Source: Candidatus Oxydemutatoraceae bacterium
GTDB taxonomy: Bacteria > Pseudomonadota > Gammaproteobacteria > Poriferisulfidales > Oxydemutatoraceae
Length of the DNA stretch: 64,000 nucleotides
Reading direction: 5' to 3'
Assembly: GCA_965218975.1 (NCBI GenBank)
Contig: OZ244717.1
Location: forward strand, 480,001-544,000
Below, piece after piece: positions 34,979 to 44,572 of this stretch. A program made the translations under genes and the position numbers. Numbering within the stretch: the stretch's first letter is position 1; the number at the start of each line of letters is the position of its first letter. The notes under the pieces are model-generated. The model was not told where the DNA came from and made no database searches. It saw only the letters and a list, made by a program, of their open reading frames with translations.

Positions 34979-35989
34979 ATGACAATACTAATCACCGGCG
35001 TGGCAGGTTTTATCGGTTCTGCAGTTGCTGAGTATCTTCTGCAACAAGAGGAGCGTGTGTACGGAATAGATAACTTAAACGATTACTATGACGTTAACCT
35101 CAAACGGGCCCGCCTAAATCGTTTACAGTCGTTTCCCGAGTTTTCCTTCGATAAAATAGATATTGTCGATCGCGACGAGGTAGAGAAGCTTTTTTCCGAT
35201 GAGTCGTTTGCCACGGTATTCCATGCCGCAGCACAAGCCAACGTACGCTATTCTCTGAAAAATCCAAGCGCGTACATTGAAACCAATTTAGTCGGATTTT
35301 GGAATATTTTGCATAGCTGCATGACGGCAAAAGTCAAACATCTTATATTTGCTTCGTCAAGTTCGGTGTACGGCGCGAACAAGGAAGCGCCCTCTTCCGA
35401 ATCCCATAGGGTTGATCATCCGGTTTCTTTATATGCAGCGACTAAAAGAGCCGACGAATTGCTGGCATATAGCTACGCGCACTTGTTCCGTCTTCCTTGC
35501 ACCGGAATACGCTTCTTCACTGTTTACGGTCCTTGGGGCAGACCTGATATGGCGCTGTTTTCTTTTGCAAACTCGATGCTCAAAGGACAGGCGATCGATG
35601 TGTTTAATTACGGCGAGATACGACGCGACTTTACGTATATTGACGATGCAATTGCCGGGGTAGTCGGATTGATTGGGCACATTCCGCAATCCGACGACGG
35701 CGATGCCGGCGGAAATATTTCGCCAGTTGCTAAAACACCTTATAAAATCTACAACATAGGCAGTAATCAACCGCAACAATTGATGGATTTAATCACGTAC
35801 CTTGAAAACGAGTTAGGAATAAAAGCTATTAAAAACATGTTACCTATGCAGATCGGAGACGTTCCGTCGACTTTTGCCGATACGACAGATATTGCAAGAG
35901 ATATCGGATTTAAAGCGACGGTTTCTTTGCGGGAAGGAGTGAGACGATTTGTTCGTTGGTATAAAGGTTATCTATCTGAATTAAACTGA
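34979..35989 (+). CDS. NAD-dependent epimerase (UDP-glucuronate 4-epimerase-like)
   Basis: GVAGFIG, AAQA.VRYSL.NP, YAATK, VYGPWGRPDMA. Confidence 0.9.
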   Translation: MTILITGVAGFIGSAVAEYLLQQEERVYGIDNLNDYYDVNLKRARLNRLQSFPEFSFDKIDIVDRDEVEKLFSDESFATVFHAAAQANVRYSLKNPSAYIETNLVGFWNILHSCMTAKVKHLIFASSSSVYGANKEAPSSESHRVDHPVSLYAATKRADELLAYSYAHLFRLPCTGIRFFTVYGPWGRPDMALFSFANSMLKGQAIDVFNYGEIRRDFTYIDDAIAGVVGLIGHIPQSDDGDAGGNISPVAKTPYKIYNIGSNQPQQLMDLITYLENELGIKAIKNMLPMQIGDVPSTFADTTDIARDIGFKATVSLREGVRRFVRWYKGYLSELN

Positions 35990-36010
35990 AGTCGGTATCG
36001 CGAAGCCTGT

Positions 36011-37543
36011 TTACGATAGATAGAAATAACTAATAGTTGTAATCATTACAATCGCGATCAGGTTCATCCAAAAACCGGATTTAACCATTTGTGAGACACG
36101 TATATACCCGGAACCAAATACGATTGTATTCGGCGGAGTCGCGACCGGCATCATAAATGCGCAACTCGCCGCAAAACTCACCGGTATCAGTAACAGTAGA
36201 GGGGGGATGTCAAATGCTGACGCAACTGCGGCAAACATCGGAACCAATACAGCTGTAGTTGCCGTGTTTGATGCGAATTCGGTTAAGAATACGACCAAAG
36301 TGACCACCAGCAATAACACCGCGAGATCAGGCAAATGCGCAAAGCCTGCAATTTGGGCACCTAGCAGTTGATCGACTCCATTGCTCTTAACCGCCTTCGC
36401 CAAAGCAAAGCCGCCGCCAAGCAAGATGAGAATCCCCCACGGCAGCCGCACGGCCGTCTGCCAATCCATCGCCGCTTGCCCATTTCCCGCCGGTAGCACA
36501 AATAGTAACAGCGCAGCAAGGATGGCAATACCGGCATCGGACAACCCGGCAAACGGTAAATACGTGTTGCCCGCAATTTCGACATTGATGCCACTGATAA
36601 AAGGCCGCGTTACCCATAATGTCGCCGCCAATATGAACACACTTAAGCTAATCCATTCGCCATTGCTCATTGAACCGAGCGCATAATAATGCACTTTCAG
36701 ATTCTCGCGTCGAATACCGGGTAGCTGCCGGTCCAATGGAAAAACAAGATGCGTGAGCAACAACCAGCAAGCAAATAATAAAGTCAGACTTACCGGCAAC
36801 GCCATTTTTACCCAACCGACAAATGAAATATCAGCGCTAAATTCCGCCGTCAACGAGTTTTGGATAAAATTTGCAGTAAACACGTTTGGCGGAGTGCCGA
36901 TGATTGTCGAAATACCGCCAAGACTTGCGGCATAAGCGATGGCAATCATCAAACAGACAGAAAAATTATCCGTGTAAGGGGCGGCCTTTTTCTCATCACT
37001 CACAACCGTGTCGCGTAGCGACAACACGCTTAAAGCGATGGGGAATAACATGATTGTGGTTGCGGTATTCGATACAAAGGCGCTCAAAAACGCGGATACC
37101 AGCATAAAACCTGCGACGATATTAGCCGGACGCTCGCCCATAGCCAGTAACACAAGCAATGCAATGCGTTTATCAAGATGCCAACGGTTGATAGACAATC
37201 CTAAGATTAAACCGCCGACGAACAAGAAAATTAAATCCGACGCATAAGAAGCCGCTGTAGCCTTGATATCAGCAATGCCGAACATGGGAAACAGCGCAAG
37301 AGGCAACATGGCGGTAATAGCAATATCCACTGCTTCGGTAAACCACCACACTCCCATCCAGACGGCTATTGCGATGGTCATTTTAGCTGCCGGGGCAAGT
37401 AGCACCTCATTGCCGTTCGGCGTGATATAACTATCCGGCAAGGACCAATAAAGCAATGCCCCAAGTAGAGGGCCTGCGATTAGCGCAGGATAACGTAAGC
37501 TGTTTTTGCAGGAGTCAGAACCCGCAACCGTATTGATCTTCAC
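36011..37543 (-). CDS. SLC13/DASS family sodium:anion symporter
   Basis: SNTAT twice, GTPPN, MMPVATPPN. Confidence 0.92.
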   Translation of the reverse strand: MKINTVAGSDSCKNSLRYPALIAGPLLGALLYWSLPDSYITPNGNEVLLAPAAKMTIAIAVWMGVWWFTEAVDIAITAMLPLALFPMFGIADIKATAASYASDLIFLFVGGLILGLSINRWHLDKRIALLVLLAMGERPANIVAGFMLVSAFLSAFVSNTATTIMLFPIALSVLSLRDTVVSDEKKAAPYTDNFSVCLMIAIAYAASLGGISTIIGTPPNVFTANFIQNSLTAEFSADISFVGWVKMALPVSLTLLFACWLLLTHLVFPLDRQLPGIRRENLKVHYYALGSMSNGEWISLSVFILAATLWVTRPFISGINVEIAGNTYLPFAGLSDAGIAILAALLLFVLPAGNGQAAMDWQTAVRLPWGILILLGGGFALAKAVKSNGVDQLLGAQIAGFAHLPDLAVLLLVVTLVVFLTEFASNTATTAVLVPMFAAVASAFDIPPLLLLIPVSFAASCAFMMPVATPPNTIVFGSGYIRVSQMVKSGFWMNLIAIVMITTISYFYLS

Positions 37544-37578
37544 TCGAAATCACGGACTTTCGGATTTATGGACGAAAA

Positions 37579-38436
37579 TTAATCACCGAATCGATAGCCA
37601 AATTGTTCAATATCTTGCGCGTATTTTTTGGCAACCAGCTTGCGAGTTTTATCGGAGTAAAAATCAATGTAATCCAGAGGGGCCTCTGAAGATATATTGG
37701 CTTTCACCTTGCCCCATCTAAGTAAATTTTTATCCAGATTGACACGGCTAATTATTTGAGCAAGGCCACCGGGGAAATCTTCGACGTGGCCGACAAAGTC
37801 AACAAACTTCATATCAAAAAAGTCAGATTGCAGTCTGAAATGCGGTTCGCATAAGCCGTCGGGAACGCGACATACGAAATTCACAAAATCAGAAAATGCC
37901 ATGTCTTTAAAATTCACCCAAGGATATAGAAAGTAGAAATGTCTGAATACGTCAGGGTACATTTGTAAAATCTTATCTCTGTAGCATGAAACGAGTCTCG
38001 CCCAAGGATTTCTGACAAAGGTAAAACGGAAGGCATTATCAAATTGAGGTTCCGGAAGGGGATTAATTTCAGATTTCCAGTGATTGATATAAGCATACTG
38101 CAGATAGCGAACAAATCTATCCTGCACGGCCTGTTGCTTAAGTTTGTTATAGATTGTACTCTCCTGCATCTTCGGGAGGGGAGCGCCCATGACATCAAGG
38201 AGGAATGATTGAATTAATGTGCATCCGCTTTTAGGAATCAAATAATAGGCCAAATAACGGTTTTTGCTCCTCACAAAACAGATTCTACGCTCTATATTGC
38301 CAACGTTTTTACCCACACGTAACGCGCAAAGACAATAAAATCTGAGTCGCAAATACATAACTTTTACTAATATACGACCCTTTTCCCATGCAAAGTTCAA
38401 TAAGCCGCCTTTCCATTGTTTATTCTCTTTTCTCAT
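37579..38436 (-). CDS. Sulfotransferase family 2 protein (carbohydrate sulfotransferase-like)
   Basis: 5'-PSB IPKSGCT, 3'-PB FVRNPWARLVSCY, H..LQ, Y..D...FGY. Confidence 0.85.
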   Translation of the reverse strand: MRKENKQWKGGLLNFAWEKGRILVKVMYLRLRFYCLCALRVGKNVGNIERRICFVRSKNRYLAYYLIPKSGCTLIQSFLLDVMGAPLPKMQESTIYNKLKQQAVQDRFVRYLQYAYINHWKSEINPLPEPQFDNAFRFTFVRNPWARLVSCYRDKILQMYPDVFRHFYFLYPWVNFKDMAFSDFVNFVCRVPDGLCEPHFRLQSDFFDMKFVDFVGHVEDFPGGLAQIISRVNLDKNLLRWGKVKANISSEAPLDYIDFYSDKTRKLVAKKYAQDIEQFGYRFGD

Positions 38437-38489
38437 AGCATATTTATTATTTTACAGAAGCGGGCTCGTTTGTGAAATAGCAAACTTTT

Positions 38490-38577
38490 TGTACACTGGC
38501 ATTCACTGGGGTTGCAATCCTCGATACAATCGCTCCTGACTCACCACTTGGAGTGCCAAATGTTATGGACCTATACA
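38490..38577 (+). mobile_element. Possible IS481 right-end remnant or MITE
   Basis: TGT start; ends GAGTGCCAAATGTTATGGACCTATACA (ECQMLWTYT), resembling IS481 C-termini that overlap the IR. Confidence 0.4.
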
Positions 38578-38768
38578 ACACAGTGCATTCGTACGCTTAG
38601 AATATTAATCTGAAATACCTCCTTTTAGTATTGTATAGATAATCTAAAAGCCGTTTTCACCAAAGCCTTCTATTTTGTCGGCCGAACCGTACCGCCGTAT
38701 TCCTAATCGGGTATGCCTTGAGCGTCTGATACGTTCTCCATTTTAACACTTTGTTGTATCCATCCGAA

Positions 38769-40244
38769 TTAAATTCCTAACGGAATATCAAGCACGATCC
38801 ACGCACCAAACAGCATTAGCCAGCCACTGCCGATCGCCACAGTATATGGAAGCATCACTGCAAGCAATGTACCAATACCCGCGCGTCGGTCGTAGCGGTA
38901 TAGAAACGTTGCGACTAAGGCAAAGTACGGCATCAAGGGAGTTATAATATTTGTCGCGCTGTCGCCGATTCGGTATGCCGCCTGCGTCGCTTCCGGACTG
39001 ATGCCCACGAGATATAACATCGGGATAAAAATCGGTGCGATCAATGTCCACTTCGCCGACGAGCTACCAATCAGCAGGTTAGTTATTGCCGCGAGTGCAG
39101 TGAATGCGACCAAAATGAGACTGCTCGGCAGCTCAAGACTGCGTAACCACGTGGCGCTGTGAATCGCACTAATCAAACCGAGATTAGTCCAGTGAAAATA
39201 GCTGACTGCTTGCGCCGCAAAAAACATCAGCACGATGTAGCCCGCCATCGTGCGCATACTGTTCTCCATGCTGTCAATAACACCGCATTGAGGTGTGAAC
39301 CGTCCGCTAGCGCGCCCGAAAATCCAGCCGGCCAATCCAGCGTATAAAGTGATGACGACAACGATACCTTTGATGAAAGGCGACGATGCAAAATTACCGC
39401 TACCGCGGAGTACGCCGCTATCAGGCCACAGCGCTATGGTCAGTGACAGACCGACCAACAAAGTAAACCATTTGGTGTGACGTAACCCGCGGCGATCGGC
39501 CACCGTCAATCGGTGAACGTCCGGCAGAGCAATTGTCGATTGATCGGGACGATAGTCTCCAAGGCGCGGCGCGACGATCCGTTCGGTAACCCATGCACCG
39601 ATAAACGCCACTAGCGGCGTCGAAGCCAACATAAAGAAGTAATTACTCGTCGCGCTGACTTCGTAATCTGCAACCAACAGCCGCATCGCCGAACTTGAAA
39701 TGCCGGCAAGCAACGGGTCAAGCGGTCCAATCAGGAAGTTAGCGCTAAACCCGCCGCTGACGCCGGCAAAAGCAGCAGCAATTCCCGCAATCGGGTGCCG
39801 CCCTGCCGCAATAAACAAAGAACCGGCCAACGGAATCAACACAACATAACCCACATCGGCGGCAAGACTTGAGAGAACACCCGCTAGTACCACCGAAAAA
39901 CTGAGTAACGCGGGCGGCATACGTAAGATCAGCGCACGCAACACAGTGGGTAGTAAGCCCGACTCTTCAGCAATGCCAAACCCTAGCATGGCAACCAATA
40001 CGATGCCGACCGGTGCAAAGTTGGTAAAGTTGCTTACTGTTTCGGCAAGAATTCGATGCAAGCCGGCGACGCTGATGAGATTGACCGCAACAATCGTCTC
40101 GCCGCCGATCGGATGTGTTGCCGACACATTGAACGTAGAACACAACCACGACAGTAACGGAATCAAAATACACAACGCAACGAACAACGCTGCCGGGTGC
40201 GGTAAGCGATTACCCAGCATTTCAATGCGGTCAAGAAAAGACAT
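38769..40244 (-). CDS. AbgT family transporter
   Basis: FLD.IE.LGN.LPHP, HPIAG..A.FAGVSGGFSAN, YRIGDS.TNIITP. Confidence 0.92.
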   Translation of the reverse strand: MSFLDRIEMLGNRLPHPAALFVALCILIPLLSWLCSTFNVSATHPIGGETIVAVNLISVAGLHRILAETVSNFTNFAPVGIVLVAMLGFGIAEESGLLPTVLRALILRMPPALLSFSVVLAGVLSSLAADVGYVVLIPLAGSLFIAAGRHPIAGIAAAFAGVSGGFSANFLIGPLDPLLAGISSSAMRLLVADYEVSATSNYFFMLASTPLVAFIGAWVTERIVAPRLGDYRPDQSTIALPDVHRLTVADRRGLRHTKWFTLLVGLSLTIALWPDSGVLRGSGNFASSPFIKGIVVVITLYAGLAGWIFGRASGRFTPQCGVIDSMENSMRTMAGYIVLMFFAAQAVSYFHWTNLGLISAIHSATWLRSLELPSSLILVAFTALAAITNLLIGSSSAKWTLIAPIFIPMLYLVGISPEATQAAYRIGDSATNIITPLMPYFALVATFLYRYDRRAGIGTLLAVMLPYTVAIGSGWLMLFGAWIVLDIPLGI

Positions 40245-40805
40245 TAATAATGCATCGCTTGGTCGGCACTTATAACAAGCAGTATATAAAAAGCTCTCGG
40301 TACTTGTTTTTGAGTCGTCTGATAATCTTCCACGCTTCCTACCTCCCTCGAAGCATTTGTTGCTTATGCCCGCCGAATGCCGCCGGCGCGCGGGGCGATA
40401 CCGCATAGGAGTTGATTGTAATCCATGACATTAAGCAGCTGTCAATAAAAAATTATCTCGCAATGAACTGCTCCGTGACTAATCCGACGCTAAACAGCTG
40501 TTGAAGTCAATGCCGTCATTGAGCAGGCACAGACTATTCTGCATTAAAGTATACTGGCGGTGGAATTGATATTAATCTGAGTCTCGATTGCGGGAACCAA
40601 GCAAAAAAACGAGACTTTGTCGCGCGTTTTTTTCAATAAAATGAGGGATAAAAAAAGAAACCTTAAAGCATAGAAGATAAGTGTCTAGAGAAATCCACAA
40701 TACAGGCATCGTCAAGTGCCGGTGTATATGTATAGTGTCAACTACAGCCGGAAAGATTAAAATAGGCATTCGGCTGCCAATGATAATTAAGACGGGACTT
40801 TAACG

Positions 40806-41747
40806 TTGATGAGACCAGATACTAAAACTGCCGCTGATACCGCACATGCGAAATATCGGGTTCTACAAGCAGCGTCCGCTGTGCGACAAGATTTTAAATT
40901 CCTTACCAATCTGCGCAAAAACCAACGATGGCGGGCATTTAAGTTGGCACAAACAAACATTTCCTACAAGCGTTTGATGGTACCGATTAAAAAACCTGTT
41001 CAGATCAGCGCCGCTGAAAAAACAGCTCTCCGGAACAATTGTCGAGATTATAACTTAAGTTTTTACCGTTGCGCTTCTCTCTGCGACCCGCAAACTCTTC
41101 TTACATTCTGGTCCCAGTTGGGATTAACCGATGTAATTGCTAATCCGGAAGCAGACCATTATGGACTCAGCCATATTCAAGTCAAATCTGATTCACGCTA
41201 TATCCCGTACTCAGATAAACCTCTGCTGTGGCACACTGACGGATACTACAATGTCGGAGCAAAAACCATCTACTCATTTGCAATGCACTGCATCCGTCCC
41301 GCCGTATCGGGCGGAAAAAATTACTACTTTGACCCTGAGATCCTGTACTTATTGATCGGCGATGAAAATCCGGACTACATTCGGGTGCTGGTACACCCAC
41401 TAGCAATGACGATACCGGCAAATCCAGAAATTGGCATGAATTATCGCGACGAGGTCAGTGTGCCGATGCTTACGTATGACAATGGAAAATTGCTATTTCG
41501 CTATACCGAACGCACTCATGCTATCAAGTGGCGTGACGATGCTATGCTGACTCAAGCACGCGCGTTTATACGCAACACACTACGTAACAACACACGTTAC
41601 CGCTTGGGTTACAAACTCAATGCCAACGAAGGCATAATTTGCAACAATGTGTTACATAGCCGAACAGCTTTTGTCCACCATCCGACAACTAATCCCGAAC
41701 AATCTCGCCTGCTGTACCGTGCCAGATTCCACAACGCTATCGCTTAA
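40806..41747 (+). CDS. TauD/TfdA-family Fe(II)/2-oxoglutarate dioxygenase-like protein
   Basis: HxD (WHTDGYYN), distal His and Arg (NNVLHSRTAF), C-terminal RLLYRAR; start uncertain. Confidence 0.85.
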   Translation: MMRPDTKTAADTAHAKYRVLQAASAVRQDFKFLTNLRKNQRWRAFKLAQTNISYKRLMVPIKKPVQISAAEKTALRNNCRDYNLSFYRCASLCDPQTLLTFWSQLGLTDVIANPEADHYGLSHIQVKSDSRYIPYSDKPLLWHTDGYYNVGAKTIYSFAMHCIRPAVSGGKNYYFDPEILYLLIGDENPDYIRVLVHPLAMTIPANPEIGMNYRDEVSVPMLTYDNGKLLFRYTERTHAIKWRDDAMLTQARAFIRNTLRNNTRYRLGYKLNANEGIICNNVLHSRTAFVHHPTTNPEQSRLLYRARFHNAIA

Positions 41748-41777
41748 TCGCATTGTTACCGGATCGCGCGACCGGCG

Positions 41778-41972
41778 ATGCTAAAATTAAGTACGATTCT
41801 TTTGCGACATCATAACTTATCAGGCTTTGATGAGTTGGTTACAGTCATCCGCGAACATGCCGGTGGCGGAGAAATTTTTCTTGAGTTTGACATTCGACCG
41901 CCGTTCCCGGATACGCCCGACAACTGGCAAGACCTGCTTGAAGCCACATTTACCGGTACAATGCGCAATTAA
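41778..41972 (+). CDS. Conserved small hypothetical protein (64 aa)
   Basis: ATG ORF filling the gap between the TauD-like and Cas6-like genes; motif D..PPFPDTP.NW.D.LE. Confidence 0.75.
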   Translation: MLKLSTILLRHHNLSGFDELVTVIREHAGGGEIFLEFDIRPPFPDTPDNWQDLLEATFTGTMRN

Positions 41973-42015
41973 AACGAGACTATACAAACCTGTTACGACG
42001 GACGGATTGCTCCCT

Positions 42016-42702
42016 ATGCACTGGCAAGAAGAAAAGGACGAAGAAAGGAAACAAACAAAAATATCAAGCAAGGTGTCGGATCTTTGCTTCAAAATTGACT
42101 GTCGCAGTCTGCCTATTGATCACGGTTGGATATTACAGGAAGCTCTGGAGGAAGAGCTGCCTTGGCTAGCCAATGAGCCGTTTGCGGCCATTCACGATAT
42201 TCATGGTGCGGAAAGCGGTAACGGCTGGATTCGCCCGAGTGGTGGTGACGTTATTTATCTATCGCGACGCGCCAGATTACGCATTCGTTTGCCAAACCAC
42301 CGTATTGACGATGCAAAGCTCCTAGAGCATCGAGAACTGAAACTTGCTGAATATATACTCACAATCGGGGCGAGCCGTGTATTACCACTGATTCAGCATA
42401 AAACTTTATTCGCACGTTATCTGCCGGATAATGCCCTTAACGAAGATACTTTTCTGGATGCTGTAATACAGATGCTTGCGCAAAAGAGAATTCACCCGCC
42501 GCGGATTATGAGCGGTAAACAACGTACCATGTACACTCCCAAAGGCAATCTGAACACTCGCAGTGTAATGATTGACGGATTAGACCCGGCGAGTTCATTG
42601 TTACTTCAAGAGGAAGGACTCGGGCTACAGCATCGTTTGGGTTGCGGTATATTTCTACCACACAAAGGGATCGGTGCAGTTTATAAATTAAACAACACCT
42701 AA
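42016..42702 (+). CDS. Orphan Cas6-like RAMP protein (Cas6/Cmx6-type)
   Basis: N-terminal DL.F.I....LP.DH..L, C-terminal glycine-rich loop LQEEGLGLQHRLGCGIFLPHK (GhGxxxxhGhG); likely start MHWQEE. Confidence 0.8.
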   Translation: MHWQEEKDEERKQTKISSKVSDLCFKIDCRSLPIDHGWILQEALEEELPWLANEPFAAIHDIHGAESGNGWIRPSGGDVIYLSRRARLRIRLPNHRIDDAKLLEHRELKLAEYILTIGASRVLPLIQHKTLFARYLPDNALNEDTFLDAVIQMLAQKRIHPPRIMSGKQRTMYTPKGNLNTRSVMIDGLDPASSLLLQEEGLGLQHRLGCGIFLPHKGIGAVYKLNNT

Positions 42703-42717
42703 TATAAAGGAGGTTTT

Positions 42718-43062
42718 ATGGCAACAATAACGGTTGATGAAAAAAGTATTAAGCTTACCGCAACCGGTTTCCTAGTCAACACTGAGGACTGGAATGAACA
42801 AGTGGCAAAGGCAATCGCACAAGAACAGCAAGTTGAACTTACCGATAAACATTGGGATATTATCAGGTATCTACGAGACGAGTTTTTTAAAAATAATGAA
42901 AATCAGCCTACTACGCGCAATATCGTTAAAAGCATGCAAAAAAAGTGGGATGATAAAAGTGTTTCCGCTGCAACACTGTACAAAATGTTTCCAAAGGACC
43001 CGAGCAAACAAGGCGGTATGATCGCCGGATTGCCCGAAAGCCTACGTAAGGGCGGCTATTAA
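42718..43062 (+). CDS. DsrC/TusE-family protein lacking all cysteines
   Basis: GFLVN.EDWNE.VA..IA, ELT..HW.II.YLR, LY.MFP..P, IAGLP; ends ESLRKGGY; strong RBS AAAGGAGG. Confidence 0.9.
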   Translation: MATITVDEKSIKLTATGFLVNTEDWNEQVAKAIAQEQQVELTDKHWDIIRYLRDEFFKNNENQPTTRNIVKSMQKKWDDKSVSAATLYKMFPKDPSKQGGMIAGLPESLRKGGY

Positions 43063-43077
43063 GTCATTGCGCAACCG

Positions 43078-44049
43078 ATGAGCATCGAACGAATCAAAGC
43101 GTCGGTTGCGCAAGACTTATCATTAGTTGATACTTTAGTAAAACGACAACTGCAATCGCCGCTACCGTTGATTAACGAGCTCGGTCTGCATTTGATCGCA
43201 GGCGGCGGCAAACGTCTGCGCCCTCTACTTGTTTTGTTGCTCGCGCGCGCGTTGAATTATCGTGGCGAGCAGCATTTACTAGTCGCAGCGATGATCGAAT
43301 TGATTCATACGGCAACGCTGCTACATGACGATGTAGTGGATAATTCAAGCGTCCGGCGCCATAGAAAAACCGCAAAAGAGATCTGGGGTAATGATGCAAG
43401 CGTGTTAGTCGGAGATTTTCTTTATTCGCGCGCCTTCCAAATCATCGTAGAAGTCGGTTCATTGGAAGTTGCCGGCATTCTTGCCGATACAACAAATACC
43501 ATTGCCGAAGGTGAAGTTCGCCAACTGCTGAACCGGCACCAAGCCGACATCGATGAGGCAACTTTCTTTGAAGTTATCCGCTGTAAAACAGCAGTCCTAT
43601 TTGCCGCCGGCACACATATCAGCGCACTACTTGCCAATTCCAACGCCCAAACAATCGCTTCGATGCGTGAATTCGGTATGAGTCTCGGCATCGGTTTTCA
43701 ACTGGTCGACGACATTCTTGATTACGCCGAAGGAGGGCGCTCAGGTAAAGAAGTTGGTAATGACTTGAATGAAGGCAAACCGACTCTACCATTGATTTAT
43801 GCGCTGCAAAACTGTTCGGAAGTTGAGCGAATGACATTAGAAAAAACTTTGACCAATAAAAAAAATCACTCCGAAGAGGTGGCAACCGCACTCAACATCG
43901 TGCGTAAATCCGGCGGTTTGGAATACACTCTCAATAAAGCGAAAAAATACATTGATCAAGCACAATCGTCTTTATCCGGTATCCCGGACTCATCCTATAA
44001 ACATGCACTAAATGAGTTAATGACATTTTTGCTCAATCGTACGCACTAA
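43078..44049 (+). CDS. ispB: Polyprenyl (octaprenyl) diphosphate synthase
   Basis: GGKRLRP, LLHDDVVD, FQLVDDILD, EGKPTLP. Confidence 0.93.
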   Translation: MSIERIKASVAQDLSLVDTLVKRQLQSPLPLINELGLHLIAGGGKRLRPLLVLLLARALNYRGEQHLLVAAMIELIHTATLLHDDVVDNSSVRRHRKTAKEIWGNDASVLVGDFLYSRAFQIIVEVGSLEVAGILADTTNTIAEGEVRQLLNRHQADIDEATFFEVIRCKTAVLFAAGTHISALLANSNAQTIASMREFGMSLGIGFQLVDDILDYAEGGRSGKEVGNDLNEGKPTLPLIYALQNCSEVERMTLEKTLTNKKNHSEEVATALNIVRKSGGLEYTLNKAKKYIDQAQSSLSGIPDSSYKHALNELMTFLLNRTH

Positions 44050-44469
44050 GTATCGGATTAATATAAAATTCGTATACATACTCAACATCTGCCGCTCCGC
44101 CCTTTGTCAACATCAGTGAGCATTGGAGCAAGCAATGACGTCATCAATATGACTACTTTGTAAAACTTAGGCTGCAGCGATCATGGAAGCAATAACGAGG
44201 TTATTATTGCAGTAACAGATAGTAGAATTGACTATGCTATTCGAATCCGGTCAAAGAATCTGTAAGTCAATATAGTGTGGCGGAACAATGAGACGACAAT
44301 TCCGGCGGCAGCTATGATACCGTAGCCAAACAATACTCGTTCGGACGCTCAATTCCACACCACCGCCTATGAAATTTTGCCGCCGCTTGCGTATTACATG
44401 TATTTATGCATTCGCGTTTTCTTGGAAGTGCGTCGTAATAAATATGTATAATCTAGGGACAAGTCGGCT

Positions 44470-44546
44470 CGGAGTGTAGCTCAGCTTGGTAGAGCACTGC
44501 CTTCGGGAGGCAGGGGCCGGAGGTTCAAATCCTCTCACTCCGACCA
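44470..44546 (+). tRNA. tRNA-Pro (anticodon CGG)
   Basis: CGGAGTG..CACTCCG-A-CCA; anticodon arm CTGCC-TTCGGGA-GGCAG. Confidence 0.95.
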
Positions 44547-44572
44547 ACAGTTTTTAGAACAATCATCCGGAC

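Noticed and set aside
41827-42015. N-terminal extension of the Cas6-like ORF
   Set aside because: It overlaps the 64-aa gene in another frame; the ATG at 42016 gives a more typical length and non-overlapping tiling.
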